From: Armatimonadota bacterium
Lineage (GTDB): Bacteria; Sysuimicrobiota; Sysuimicrobiia; Sysuimicrobiales; Humicultoraceae
DNA: 64,000 bases
Assembly: GCA_037443365.1 (NCBI GenBank)
Contig: JBBIOM010000001.1
Span: 33,693 to 97,692 of the forward strand
Direction: 5' to 3'
Shown: piece after piece, positions 50,306 through 60,425 of the stretch
How positions within the stretch are numbered: position 1 is the stretch's first letter
Layout of the letters: the number at the start of each line of letters is the position of its first letter
Notes under the pieces: generated by a model
Told to the model about the DNA's origin: nothing
Seen by the model: only the letters and a program-made list of their open reading frames with translations
The model's database searches: none
Program-made: the position numbers and the translations under genes

Positions 50306-51585
50306 CAGCCGTCGGGCTCCAGGTCGGGGGCCGTCTTCGTGACCCGCACCAGCTCGATACTGCGGCCCTCTACCCGCTCGACCGAGAGCTCAACATCGCC
50401 AGAGACCACGCGCTCCCCCTGAACAGGAATGTGCCCCAGCAGGCTGTAGACGAACCCGCCCAGCGAGTCGGCCTCGCCCACGGGCAACTCCAGGCCGAGC
50501 GCGGAGTTGACTTCCTCGATGTGCAGGCGGCCGTCCACCAGCGCGACGCCCTCGCCAATCGCCGTGATCGGCGCGTCTTCCTTGTCGTACTCGTCGCGAA
50601 TCGGCCCCACGATCTCCTCGAGAAGGTCCTCTATCGTCACCAGCCCGGCGGTCCCGCCGTACTCGTCCACCGCGATCGCCATGTGAACCTGCCCGCGGCG
50701 CATCTCGCGGAACAGTTCGTCCAGCCGCTTGCTGTCGGGGACGAAATGCGCCGGGCGAGTGAAGTCGCTGACCCTCCCCTCCAGGCGTCCGTCCCTGAAC
50801 CCCGAGATCAGGTCCTTGACGTGCACCAGTCCGACTATCTGATCCACGGTGTCGCGGTAGACCGGGATCCGCGAGTGCGCGTGGGTCCGGACGACATCAA
50901 GCACGGCCTCGATCGGTTCGTCGGACTCGACGCAGACCATGTCCACGCGCGGGACCATCACCTCGCGCACCACCGTGTCGCCGAACTCCATGATCGAGTG
51001 GATCATCTCGCTCTGGTCCTGCTCGAGGATCCCCTGTTCCTCGCCCATGCGCACCAGAACCTGTATCTCCTCCTCGCTCACCATGGGAGCATCGGGCCGT
51101 ACGCGCCCTCCCAGCGGCCGGGCCAGAAGATTCGTGAGAAAGGAGAGGGCTCGGCCGACCGGCGCGAGCAGCACCGCCAGCAGGGCAACGGGGCGGGCAA
51201 CCATCAAGGAGAGCCGGTCGGCGTGATGCGCGGCAATGGTCTTGGGGGTGATCTCCGCGAGGATCAGCACCGTGAGCGTGACCGCGACGAAGGCGTAGGC
51301 CGGTCCCTTCTCGTGCCCGAGCAGCCTCACCAGGAGCGTCGTCGCGACAACCGCCGCGGCGGTATTCACCATGTTGTTGCCGATCAGGAGGGCGGAGAGA
51401 AGCCGGGCAGGGTTGTCCAGCAGGCCCAGCGCGACCCGGGCCCGCCCGCTGCCCTCCTCGCGCAGGTGCCGCAGCTTGAGGCGGTTGGCCGTGAACAGGG
51501 CCGTCTCCGATCCCGAGAACAGAGCAGAGAGCAGGAGTAGTAGCCCCAGTACCACGACTTCGACTGCATAACTTGACGCTTCCAA
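50305..51585 (-). CDS. Hemolysin/CorC-HlyC family (CNNM-CBS-CorC) protein
   Basis: Motifs FSGSETA, LIGNN, EITPKT, VREVMVPR, HSRIPVY, VDEYGGTAG..TIEDLLEEIVG. Confidence 0.92.
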   Translation of the reverse strand: MEASSYAVEVVVLGLLLLLSALFSGSETALFTANRLKLRHLREEGSGRARVALGLLDNPARLLSALLIGNNMVNTAAAVVATTLLVRLLGHEKGPAYAFVAVTLTVLILAEITPKTIAAHHADRLSLMVARPVALLAVLLAPVGRALSFLTNLLARPLGGRVRPDAPMVSEEEIQVLVRMGEEQGILEQDQSEMIHSIMEFGDTVVREVMVPRVDMVCVESDEPIEAVLDVVRTHAHSRIPVYRDTVDQIVGLVHVKDLISGFRDGRLEGRVSDFTRPAHFVPDSKRLDELFREMRRGQVHMAIAVDEYGGTAGLVTIEDLLEEIVGPIRDEYDKEDAPITAIGEGVALVDGRLHIEEVNSALGLELPVGEADSLGGFVYSLLGHIPVQGERVVSGDVELSVERVEGRSIELVRVTKTAPDLEPDG

Positions 51586-51634
51586 GGAGGATCTTGCCTG
51601 CCTTCTTGGCCACCCGGGCGCCGAACCGCTCCGA

Positions 51635-51643
51635 TTATATCAC
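51635..51643 (-). promoter_or_regulatory. Extended -10 promoter upstream of the CorC-family gene
   Basis: TGA-TATAAT immediately after the dgkA stop. Confidence 0.55.
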
Positions 51644-51647
51644 AGGC

Positions 51648-52112
51648 CTATCGCCGCGCACCCGAACGCCAGACAGCCAGGCCCGCGCAGACAAGCACCC
51701 CAACAAGAACAGCGGCCCGGCCGGCAGCGAGGGCGTCGGCGGGGCCAATACCAACCGCGGTCGCCACCGGGGGCCCCAGGACGATGACTCCGACGATCGC
51801 CGCGCCCGCGGCGGCAACCAGCACCGCAGCCGCGCTCAAGTCCTTGGCACGAGCGGCCGTGGCATCGCGCCGCCCCCCGGCAAGCATGTCGACCACCGTC
51901 TCGATCGCGGTGTTCACAAGCTCCACGGAGAGCACCGCGACCATCACGACGACCAGAACGGCCGTGTCCGCGACCGGCAGCTCGAGCCACATCACCGCCA
52001 CGGAGACCGCGCATGCGATCAGGACTTGGATCCTCATGGTTCGCTGGGAATTCATCGCCTCGACCAGCCCACGGCCCGCGTACTCGAAGCTATGCCAGAG
52101 GGTGCGCCGCAT
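51648..52112 (-). CDS. dgkA: Diacylglycerol/undecaprenol kinase DgkA family
   Basis: Motifs SF.YA.RGL, ELVNTAIETVVD, AKDLSAAAV. Confidence 0.9.
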   Translation of the reverse strand: MRRTLWHSFEYAGRGLVEAMNSQRTMRIQVLIACAVSVAVMWLELPVADTAVLVVVMVAVLSVELVNTAIETVVDMLAGGRRDATAARAKDLSAAAVLVAAAGAAIVGVIVLGPPVATAVGIGPADALAAGRAAVLVGVLVCAGLAVWRSGARR

Positions 52113-52121
52113 GCTCTTGCC

Positions 52122-52592
52122 CTACCTCCTTTTGCCGAAGATCCGCGCCAGGATCCTTCGCTCGTGCGTCCTCATGAGCCGCGCTTCACCCGGTGTGCAG
52201 TCGTCGTAGCCACGCAGGTGGAGCAGGCCGTGCACCAGGAGCAACACCACCTCCTGGCGGACTGGCCAACCGGCGTCGCGCGCCTGGGCGCGCGCCCGCT
52301 CCAACGAGATCAGTATCTCGCCGAGCGGCGGCGCCGGAGGGACGGAGCGGCCCCGGGAGCCACGCCGGCCCCGGGGGGTCGTCTCGCCAGGAAAGGCCAG
52401 CACGTCGGTCGGCCGCCGCTGCCCCAGAAACCGGCGGTTGATGCGACTGATCGTGGCGTCATCCACCAGGGCGATCTCGACTCGGGTCCCGCGGGGGCAG
52501 CGAGTGGCCCGCATCGCCGTCAGGGCGGCGTCCCTGAGAAGCCAAAGCGGGATCGAGTGCCGCGCGCCCGACGTGACGATGTCAACCTGCAC
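52122..52592 (-). CDS. ybeY: rRNA maturation endoribonuclease YbeY
   Basis: Motifs PTDVLAF, LGEILIS, HGLLHLRGYD. Confidence 0.93.
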   Translation of the reverse strand: MQVDIVTSGARHSIPLWLLRDAALTAMRATRCPRGTRVEIALVDDATISRINRRFLGQRRPTDVLAFPGETTPRGRRGSRGRSVPPAPPLGEILISLERARAQARDAGWPVRQEVVLLLVHGLLHLRGYDDCTPGEARLMRTHERRILARIFGKRR

Positions 52593-52601
52593 CAGGATTC
52601 C

Positions 52602-54050
52602 TCAACGGGCCCTGGCCGGACGGTCGCGGCGCCGTCGCGCCAGCTCGCCCTCCAGGTCCGGGTACTCCAGGCGCGGGTGGAGCACCCCGCCCAGGACGCG
52701 CGCGAACGCCACGGCGATCCTGTCAAGATCGCGGAACGTCAGGCCGCACTCGTCGAGCTGGCCGTCCTCGAGCTTGTCCCGGATGATCCTGCGAACCGCG
52801 TCCTCCAACCTGTCAGGGGTAGGCCGGTTGAGTGCTCGTATCGCGGCTTCCGCCGCGTCGGCCAGCATCACGATGGCCGTCTCGCTCGTCTGGGGCTTGG
52901 GACCCTCGTAGCGAAACGCGTGTTCGTCCAGCGGGTCGCCACGCTCTAGGGCCTGGTGGTAGAAGTACGTCAGTAGCGCCGTGCCGTGGTGCTGGGGAAT
53001 GAAGTCGGCCACGCTCTGCGGAAGGCCGTACTCGCGCGCCAGGTCTAGCCCATCCCTCACATGGGCGCCAACGGTGAGCGCCGAGAGGCTCGGCGTCATC
53101 TTGTCGTGGGGGTTGTCGATCCCGCCCTGGTTCTCCACGAAGAACGCCGGACGCCGAAGCTTGCCTATGTCGTGATAGTAGGTGCCCACGCGGGTCAGCA
53201 GCGCATCGGCACCCACGGCCTCTGCCGCCGCCTCGGCCATGTTGGCCACCATCAGGCTGTGGTGGTACGTCCCAGGCGCCTCCAACTGCAGCCGGCGGAG
53301 CAAGGGGTGCGCCGGGCTGGCGAGCTCAAGGAGCTTGATGGGGGTAATCAGCCCGAAGAACTGCTCGAGGAAGGGCAGGAACCCGATGGTGATGACGGCT
53401 GAGAGCAGGCCGCTACCCAGGGCGTATGCCGCGTTGCCCGCGACCGCAGGGTAGACGCCCAGGCCCTCCAGCAGGCCGGTCGCAAGCGCGGCAACCGCAC
53501 AGGCTGCGCCCACAAGCACGCCGGCCGCGCCGATGTCCGACCGGCGGTTCACCTGCCGGCAGGCGAAGGCGCCGACCAGGCCGCCGATGAACGCAGCCAC
53601 GACCACCGAGAACTGCCGCTCGGAGGCAAGGCCGACCAGCACGGCAAGCGCGGCCGACGAGAACAGCGCCGGCCTGGGACGCATCAGGATCGTCAGCAGC
53701 ATCGCTCCCGCGGGCGCGGGCGCAAGGTGGTTGCTGAAGCGCGGCGCTCCGAAGACCTGTGACAGCCCGACCGTCCCCACCATCACGAGACCCCACAGGA
53801 CCAAGAGCCGGTCGCTCTCCCACATGTCGCGCTGGTACAGCCACAGGTAGATCCCTGTCACTCCCAGCACCAGGCCCACGACCACGGCCGCGCCGGCCAG
53901 GCCAGCCCACGCCATCCCTGCCGGGAAGTAGTCCAGGGCGATGATGAAGACGAGGCAGACCAGTGTCGCAAGGCCCAGCAGGACACGCCTCACCCACAAG
54001 GGGCGAATCGCCGCGGGGATCCAACCGGCGCCGATAACCGAGACCTTCAT
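52602..54050 (-). CDS. Membrane HD (HDIG) phosphodiesterase, PgpH-like, lacking the extracellular domain
   Basis: Motifs APGTYHHS, YYHDIGK, FFVENQ, NPHD, QHHGT, FRY.GPKP, MLAD. Located between phoH and ybeY. Confidence 0.9.
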   Translation of the reverse strand: MKVSVIGAGWIPAAIRPLWVRRVLLGLATLVCLVFIIALDYFPAGMAWAGLAGAAVVVGLVLGVTGIYLWLYQRDMWESDRLLVLWGLVMVGTVGLSQVFGAPRFSNHLAPAPAGAMLLTILMRPRPALFSSAALAVLVGLASERQFSVVVAAFIGGLVGAFACRQVNRRSDIGAAGVLVGAACAVAALATGLLEGLGVYPAVAGNAAYALGSGLLSAVITIGFLPFLEQFFGLITPIKLLELASPAHPLLRRLQLEAPGTYHHSLMVANMAEAAAEAVGADALLTRVGTYYHDIGKLRRPAFFVENQGGIDNPHDKMTPSLSALTVGAHVRDGLDLAREYGLPQSVADFIPQHHGTALLTYFYHQALERGDPLDEHAFRYEGPKPQTSETAIVMLADAAEAAIRALNRPTPDRLEDAVRRIIRDKLEDGQLDECGLTFRDLDRIAVAFARVLGGVLHPRLEYPDLEGELARRRRDRPARAR

Positions 54051-55048
54051 TGCGGCGGCGTCCCGGCCGGACCCTCGACCCTGGTCGCCTCGAACCGCTC
54101 GTACGCGCGCACGATCGTCTGGACCAACTCGTGACGCACAACATCGCCCTCGGTGAGCTCCACGAACGCGATTCCCGCCACGCCCTTGAGCACCTCGCGG
54201 GCTTCCACCATGCCCGAGGCCCGGTCACGCGGGAGATCTATCTGCGTGATGTCCCCGGTGACTACCGCCTTGGAGCCGAACCCCAGGCGCGTCAGGAACA
54301 TCTTCATCTGCTCACGGGTGGTGTTCTGCGCCTCGTCCAGGATGATGAAGGCCTCGTTGAGCGTGCGCCCGCGCATGAACGCCAGCGGCGCCACCTCGAT
54401 GACCCCGCGCTCGCTGAGCCGGCCGAAACGCTCTGGGCCGATCATCTCGTAGAGGGCGTCATAGAGCGGCCGCAGGTAAGGGTCCACCTTGGCCGCGATG
54501 TCTCCCGGCAGGAAGCCCAGCTTCTCACCCGCCTCGATCGCCGGGCGTGTCAGCACGAGGCGCTGCACGCTGCGGTCGCGCAGCGCCAGGGCGGCCATTG
54601 CGACCGCCAGATAGGTCTTGCCTGTCCCGGCCGGCCCGACCGCAAAGGTGAGATCGTGCCGGCGCATGGCCTCGATATAGGCGCGCTGCCCGGGCGTACG
54701 CGCGGCGATCGGCTTGCCGCCAGCGGTCACCACAAGGGTGTCGCCGCCCAGCGTGACGTCCCCGGCCGCGCCCGTGGCCCGGCCCCGGCGGATGGCGCGG
54801 CGCAGATCGGAAGGGACTACCTCGCGCCCCGACCCGGCGGATGCCACGATCTGCCCCAGCACCCGCACCGCCAGGTCCACCTGTGAAGCGCCCCCGCGCA
54901 CGACCAGCGCCTGGCCGCGCAGCGTGACCGACGCGCCGGTCTCTTCCTCTATGACACGGAGGAGGGCATCCTCGTGGCCGAGCACGGCAACGGCCTCGAT
55001 GCCGGATGAGAGGGGGACAATGACCTCGCTGGTCCCAGGCTGCGCCAA
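54047..55048 (-). CDS. phoH: PhoH family ATPase
   Basis: Motifs GPAGTGKTY, LTRPAIEAGEKLGFLPGD, MRGRTL, LDEAQN, GDITQ.DL, DVVRH. Confidence 0.95.
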   Translation of the reverse strand: MAQPGTSEVIVPLSSGIEAVAVLGHEDALLRVIEEETGASVTLRGQALVVRGGASQVDLAVRVLGQIVASAGSGREVVPSDLRRAIRRGRATGAAGDVTLGGDTLVVTAGGKPIAARTPGQRAYIEAMRRHDLTFAVGPAGTGKTYLAVAMAALALRDRSVQRLVLTRPAIEAGEKLGFLPGDIAAKVDPYLRPLYDALYEMIGPERFGRLSERGVIEVAPLAFMRGRTLNEAFIILDEAQNTTREQMKMFLTRLGFGSKAVVTGDITQIDLPRDRASGMVEAREVLKGVAGIAFVELTEGDVVRHELVQTIVRAYERFEATRVEGPAGTPPQ

Positions 55049-55070
55049 TCGGGCCTCCTGTTGCGCTCAC

Positions 55071-55098
55071 CTTCGGCAGGCGGCGGTGAGCCTCCTCC
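55071..55098 (-). promoter_or_regulatory. Sigma-H-like promoter of the phoH operon
   Basis: GGAGGA-GGCTCACCGCCGCCTGCC(18)-GAAG. Overlaps a GCTCACC/GGTGAGC inverted repeat. Confidence 0.48.
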
Positions 55099-55110
55099 CG
55101 CGCGGGCCGG

Positions 55111-55563
55111 TCAGGCGAACGCGCGAAGCCGGCGCAGGAGGGGCCTGCGCGCAGCCGGACTGCGCGGCACCACCAGTATGGTGTTGTCGCCGGCCACGGT
55201 CCCGGCCACCTCGGGCCAGGCAGCCACGTCTATGGCCTCCGCCACCGCGCCGGCGCTTCCCAGGGTGGTCTTGACCAGGACAAGACCGCTGCCTTCCTCC
55301 ACGTTCACCAGGTATTCAGCGAACGCGCGGCGCAACCTGGCCTCGGCGTCGGCGGCCGAGGGGCGCATTGCCGAGGGCGCCTGGTACCTGTAGCCGCCGT
55401 CGCCGGTTGGGACCTTGACCAGGCCCAGGCGCCGGATGTCGCGCGAGACCGTGGCCTGCGTCACCCTGACCCCGGCGCGGCGCAGCGCGGCCACCAGGCC
55501 GGACTGGGTCCCCACGGGGTGACGGGCGACGATCCGAAGCAGCAGGCGGTCTCTCTTGCGCAC
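55111..55563 (-). CDS. argR: Arginine repressor
   Basis: Motifs TQ..L...L, VTQATVSRD, LVKT..G.A, GTVAGDNT. Confidence 0.94.
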   Translation of the reverse strand: MRKRDRLLLRIVARHPVGTQSGLVAALRRAGVRVTQATVSRDIRRLGLVKVPTGDGGYRYQAPSAMRPSAADAEARLRRAFAEYLVNVEEGSGLVLVKTTLGSAGAVAEAIDVAAWPEVAGTVAGDNTILVVPRSPAARRPLLRRLRAFA

Positions 55564-55572
55564 AGGCAGCCC

Positions 55573-57054
55573 CTATCCTGGCGCGGCATCCAGCAGGCGG
55601 GTGATGGCCGCCTGCTGGTCGGCCCGAACCTGCTCAAGCCATGAGCGCGACACCTCGATCGAGGAGCGCGCCGATTCCATCGCGTCCAAAACCCTGCCGG
55701 GCGCGGTGCCCCCGGGCACGTCCCGGGAGGCGACGGAGCCCTCCAGGGAGACCGCGGCCAGCACGTCATCCTCGAACGCCTGGGAGATCCGGCGGTACTC
55801 CTCCAGGGGCAACTCCCAGAGCTCGCACCCGGCTGCCTCGGCGGCGCGCACCGCTCCCCCGGCGAGCTCGTGCGCCTCGCGGAACGGCACCCCCTTGCGG
55901 ACCAGGTAGTCCGCCACGTCGGTGGCTGTGATGTGCCCGCCGCGCAGCGCTTCCGCCATCCTGTCGGGCTGGATCGTCATGCGCTCCATCACCAGGGTCA
56001 CGGCGGCAAGCGCCATGCCCGCCGAGCGGAACGCGGCGAGCGCAGGCGCCTTGTCTTCTTGAAGGTCGCGGCTGTACCCAAACGCCACGCCCTTCTGCAC
56101 CGCGGCCAGCGTCACAAGCGGTCCCATGACCACCGCGGCCTGGGCGCGTGCCAGTTCCAGGAGATCGGGGTTCCGCTTCTGAGGCATCAGGCTGCTGCCG
56201 GTGGCGATAGCGTCGGGTAGCCGGATGAACCCGAACTCAGCCGTGGCCCACAACACCAGTTCCTCGGCCAGCCGCGACAGGTGAACGAGCAGGCCGGCCA
56301 CCGCGGCCACGGTCTCGAAGACGAAGTCCCGGTCGCCGGTGGCGTCGATGCTGTTCTCGCTCGTCGCTTGGAACCCCATCAGCGCGGCCTGTCGCGCCCG
56401 GTCCACAGGGAAGGAGGTGCCGGCGATTGCCCCGGACCCCAGGGGCGAAACGTCGAGACGCCGGTGGGCGTCGCGCAGACGTCCCAGGTCCCGGCCCAGC
56501 ATCCAGAAGTAAGCCATCCAGTGGTGGGCCAGCCTCACGGGTTGGGCGCGCTGGAGGTGCGTGTAGCCCGGAATGAGCACGTCCGCGGCCTCGCGGGCGC
56601 GCGCCAGGAGCGCCTCTTGGAGGATGATGACCTGCTCGACGAGACAGGCGATGCGGTCCTTGAGGTCGAGACGCATGGCGGTGGTAACCTGGTCGTTCCG
56701 GCTGCGCCCAGTCGGCAGCCAGCCGGCCGCCGGTCCGATTCGGGCCGTAAGCGTGGCCTCGATGAACGAGTGCACGTCCTCCAGGCCGTCCCCTGGAACC
56801 AGGATGCCGGCCTCGGCCTCGGTTATCATGCGGCGAAGAGCCCGCCCGACGCGCGCGGCCGCCTCCTGCGGGACGGCGCCTGCCTCGGCCATGCAGGTCA
56901 GGTGGGCCAGGCTGGCCAGCAGGTCCCACCTGAGCAGGTGCCGGTCCACCGGCAGCGAGGTGAGGAGCGGCGCGACGCGGGGGTCCGGGGGCTCGCTGAA
57001 CCGCCCTCCCCACATCAGGTACGACGCGTCGTGCTCAGCCGGTCTATCCGCCAC
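55573..57054 (-). CDS. argH: Argininosuccinate lyase
   Basis: Motifs [42 protein letters not shown]. Confidence 0.96.
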   Translation of the reverse strand: MADRPAEHDASYLMWGGRFSEPPDPRVAPLLTSLPVDRHLLRWDLLASLAHLTCMAEAGAVPQEAAARVGRALRRMITEAEAGILVPGDGLEDVHSFIEATLTARIGPAAGWLPTGRSRNDQVTTAMRLDLKDRIACLVEQVIILQEALLARAREAADVLIPGYTHLQRAQPVRLAHHWMAYFWMLGRDLGRLRDAHRRLDVSPLGSGAIAGTSFPVDRARQAALMGFQATSENSIDATGDRDFVFETVAAVAGLLVHLSRLAEELVLWATAEFGFIRLPDAIATGSSLMPQKRNPDLLELARAQAAVVMGPLVTLAAVQKGVAFGYSRDLQEDKAPALAAFRSAGMALAAVTLVMERMTIQPDRMAEALRGGHITATDVADYLVRKGVPFREAHELAGGAVRAAEAAGCELWELPLEEYRRISQAFEDDVLAAVSLEGSVASRDVPGGTAPGRVLDAMESARSSIEVSRSWLEQVRADQQAAITRLLDAAPG

Positions 57055-58270
57055 GGCTCCGCACCAGGTGCGGGTTGGCCTGCGCGAAGACCTTTGTCGG
57101 CAGGCCCCACAGGTTGATGAAACCCGCAGCCATGCGCTGGTCGTACACCGAGTCCTCGCCGAAGGTCGCCAGCTCGGGGTTGTAGAGCGAGTGCGGCGAC
57201 CGCCGTCCCACCGCGAGGACGCTGCCCTTGAACAGGCGCAGCCGCACGGTGCCGCTGACGGTCCGCTGCGTCGAGGCGACGAAGGCGTCGAAGGCCTGCC
57301 GCAGCGGGGAGAACCACTGGCCGTAGTAGATCAGCTCGGCGTACCGCTGCGCGAACTGAAGCTTGTGGTGGGCGCAGTCGCGCTCGATCGCTATCGCCTC
57401 GAGGTCGCGGTGGGCCGCGAGCAGCACCGTCCCGCCGGGCGTCTCGTAGACGCCCCGGACCTTCATCCCCACCAGCCGGTTCTCCACGATGTCCACGCGG
57501 CCGATGCCGTGTTTGCCGGCCTGCGCGTTGAGGCGCTCCATCACCGCAAGCGGGGCGAGCCGAACGCCGTCGAGCCCAACCGGGCAGCCGCGCTCGAACT
57601 CGATCTCCACGTACTGGGGCTCATCCGGCGCCGTGCGGGGGTCGGACGTGTACTGGTAGAGGTCGTGCGGCGGCTCGGCCCAGATGTCCTCCAGTATGCC
57701 CCCCTCGCTGCTGCAGTGCCACAGATTGCGGTCCACGCTGTAAGGCTTGGCCGCGGTCGCCGGCACGGGCACGCCGTGAGCCGCGGCGTACGCTATCGCC
57801 TGCTCGCGCGACCGGATGCTCCACTCGCGCCAGGGGGCGATGACCGGCAGGTGCGGAGCGAGCGCCTGATACGCCAGCTCGAACCGGACCTGGTCGTTGC
57901 CCTTGCCGGTGCATCCGTGGGCTAGGGCATCGGCACCCTCGGCGAGGGCGACCTCGACCTGCGTCTGCGCGATCAGTGGCCGCGCCAGCGCCGTTCCAAG
58001 GAGGTAACGTCCCTCGTAGACCGCGCCTGCCTGCACCATGGGCACGATGTAGTCGGTCACGAAGGCCTGCCGCACATCCACGACGTGCGCCGACGATGCG
58101 CCGCTCGCCAGGGCCTTGGCGCGGATCGCGTCGAGGTCCTCGCCCTGGCCCACATCCACGATCACCGCCGCGACCTCGCACCCGTAGGTCTCGCGCAGCC
58201 ACGGTATGGCCACCGAGGTGTCAAGCCCTCCCGAGTACGCCAACGCCGCCTTCTTGATCTTCATGCTCAT
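57044..58270 (-). CDS. argG: Argininosuccinate synthase
   Basis: Motifs [47 protein letters not shown] 58270 behind GGAGGAG. Confidence 0.97.
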   Translation of the reverse strand: MSMKIKKAALAYSGGLDTSVAIPWLRETYGCEVAAVIVDVGQGEDLDAIRAKALASGASSAHVVDVRQAFVTDYIVPMVQAGAVYEGRYLLGTALARPLIAQTQVEVALAEGADALAHGCTGKGNDQVRFELAYQALAPHLPVIAPWREWSIRSREQAIAYAAAHGVPVPATAAKPYSVDRNLWHCSSEGGILEDIWAEPPHDLYQYTSDPRTAPDEPQYVEIEFERGCPVGLDGVRLAPLAVMERLNAQAGKHGIGRVDIVENRLVGMKVRGVYETPGGTVLLAAHRDLEAIAIERDCAHHKLQFAQRYAELIYYGQWFSPLRQAFDAFVASTQRTVSGTVRLRLFKGSVLAVGRRSPHSLYNPELATFGEDSVYDQRMAAGFINLWGLPTKVFAQANPHLVRSRGG

Positions 58271-58310
58271 GATCTCGATGCTCCTCCCTCTTTGGTCCGC
58301 GTCCCCGACG

Positions 58311-59525
58311 CTAGCCGGGCGGCGCCTCGGCCTGCTTGGGCTCTCGGGCCGCCGACAGCACGCGGCCGAGGATCTCCAGGGCCTGCTCGATCTCGGTTCG
58401 ATCCACGACGAGCGGAGGCGCGAAGCGCAGCGCCGTGGGCGCCACGGCGTTGGTGAGCAGACCGGCGGCGCGGCACGCGTCCACAACCGGGGCGGCCTGG
58501 CCCTCTAACTCGAGCGCCAGCAGCAGCCCTCGCCCGCGGACGGCCTTGGCTAGGCCCGCGTCCACGAACCCCTGCAGGCCCGCCGCAAACAGCGCGCCCA
58601 TCTGGGCGGCGCGCTCGGCCAGGCGCTCGCGCGAGATCACCCTGAGCACCGCCATGGCTGCGGCGCAGGCCAGCGGGTTGCCCCCGAAGGTGCTGCCGTG
58701 ATCGCCGGGCGCGAACGTTACCGCCGACTCCCTGGCCAGCATCGCCCCGATGGGGAAGCCTCCCCCCAACCCCTTGGCCAGGGTCAGCACGTCGGGCGTG
58801 ATGCCGTACTGCTCATATGCGAACAGGGTTCCGGTGCGCGCGATCCCGGTCTGCACCTCATCCAGCATGAGGAGCAGCCCGCGCTCGTCGCACAGGGCAC
58901 GCAGCCCGGCGAGGTACTCGGGGGTCGCCTGCTGGATCCCGCTCTCGCCCTGGATCGGCTCGAGCAACACGGCGCAGGTGCGGTCCGTGACGGCCCCCCG
59001 CGCCGCCTCCAGGTCGTTGAACGGCACTGGCACGAATCCTGGCGGGAGAGGGTTGAACGGTTCCTGGTACTTGGACTGCATCGTCGCGGCCAGGGTAGCC
59101 ATCGTGCGGCCGTGGAAGGACTGGTGGGCCACGATGATCTCGTAGCGGTTCGCGCCGTCACGCTTTCCCCACTTGCGCGAGAGCTTGATCGCCGCCTCGT
59201 TGGCCTCGGCCCCGCTGTTGCAGAAGAAGGCGCGGTCGCAGGCCGAGTGCTCGACAAGCCACTGCGCCAACTGCGCCTGCTCGGCTATGTGAAACAGGTT
59301 CGAGACGTGCAGCATCCTGGCGGCCTGGTTCTGGATCGCGGCCACAAGCTCCGGATGGGCATGCCCCAGCGCGCTGACGGCGATACCGCCGATGAAATCA
59401 AGGTATCGCCTGCCCTCGAGATCCACCAGCCACACGCCCTCGCCGTGAGAGAAGGCCACCGGCGCGCGGCGGTAGGTCGGCATCAGGTATTGAGCCGTCA
59501 GGGCAATCGTCTGCTCGGTGGTCAT
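58311..59525 (-). CDS. argD: Acetylornithine aminotransferase
   Basis: Motifs [41 protein letters not shown]. Confidence 0.94.
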   Translation of the reverse strand: MTTEQTIALTAQYLMPTYRRAPVAFSHGEGVWLVDLEGRRYLDFIGGIAVSALGHAHPELVAAIQNQAARMLHVSNLFHIAEQAQLAQWLVEHSACDRAFFCNSGAEANEAAIKLSRKWGKRDGANRYEIIVAHQSFHGRTMATLAATMQSKYQEPFNPLPPGFVPVPFNDLEAARGAVTDRTCAVLLEPIQGESGIQQATPEYLAGLRALCDERGLLLMLDEVQTGIARTGTLFAYEQYGITPDVLTLAKGLGGGFPIGAMLARESAVTFAPGDHGSTFGGNPLACAAAMAVLRVISRERLAERAAQMGALFAAGLQGFVDAGLAKAVRGRGLLLALELEGQAAPVVDACRAAGLLTNAVAPTALRFAPPLVVDRTEIEQALEILGRVLSAAREPKQAEAPPG

Positions 59526-59528
59526 ACC

Positions 59529-60425
59529 TCACCCCGCCTGCGATGTGATCATCGTGCCAATGCCGGACTCGGTGAACAGCTCGATCAGGAGCGCGTGCGG
59601 CACACCGGTTCCTATGATGTGGGCGCTCGGCACCCCACCGTCGAGGGCGTTCAGGCAGGCCTCCACCTTGGGAATCATGCCGCGCGAGATCGTGCCGTCG
59701 CTCATCAACTGCCGGACCTCTTCCACGGACAGGGTGGACAGCAGCTCCGGCGCGCCCGGACCCGCGCGCATGACGCCGGGCACATCGGTCAGAATGACCA
59801 GCTTGCTCGCGCCCAGCGCCGCCGCGAGGGCGCCGGCCGCGTGGTCGGCGTTCAGGTTGAAGCTCTCCCCAACCTCGCCGATCCCGACCGAGGCGACAAC
59901 CGGGATGTGCCCGGCGTCGCTGATCGTCTGGATGATGCCTCCCTGAACCGCCACCACCTCGCCGACGTACCCCAGGCCCTCGGGCGACTCGAGGCGGCGG
60001 GCCCGCAGGAGGCCGGCATCCTTGCCCGAGAGCCCGACCGCGCTGCCCCCGGCCGTGGAGATCATCGTCACCAACGCCTTGTTGGCGCGCCCGGCCAGGA
60101 CCATCTCGACGATCTCGATGGTCTCGGCGTCGGTCACGCGAAGGCCCTGCACGAACCGCGTTTCCTTGCCCAGCCGCTCGAGCATGCGTGTGATCTCGGG
60201 CCCTCCGCCGTGCACCAGCACCGGGTTGACGCCGGCGCCCTTGAGGAGCACCAGGTCCTCAACAACGGTACCGGCGCTTCCGGCGTCGAGCACGCTCCCG
60301 CCGTACTTCACGACCACGGTCCTGCCGCGCCAGGCCGCTGCGTAGCGCAGCCCAAGGGCTATCATCTTCCCCTCTTCCGCCGGCTCAATGGGTGGCATCG
60401 GCCCCTGTTCCTCCTCGTCGTTCAC
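59529..60425 (-). CDS. argB: Acetylglutamate kinase
   Basis: Motifs VKYGG, VHGGGPEI, GLRVTD, NLNAD, GMIPKV. Confidence 0.95.
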   Translation of the reverse strand: MNDEEEQGPMPPIEPAEEGKMIALGLRYAAAWRGRTVVVKYGGSVLDAGSAGTVVEDLVLLKGAGVNPVLVHGGGPEITRMLERLGKETRFVQGLRVTDAETIEIVEMVLAGRANKALVTMISTAGGSAVGLSGKDAGLLRARRLESPEGLGYVGEVVAVQGGIIQTISDAGHIPVVASVGIGEVGESFNLNADHAAGALAAALGASKLVILTDVPGVMRAGPGAPELLSTLSVEEVRQLMSDGTISRGMIPKVEACLNALDGGVPSAHIIGTGVPHALLIELFTESGIGTMITSQAG

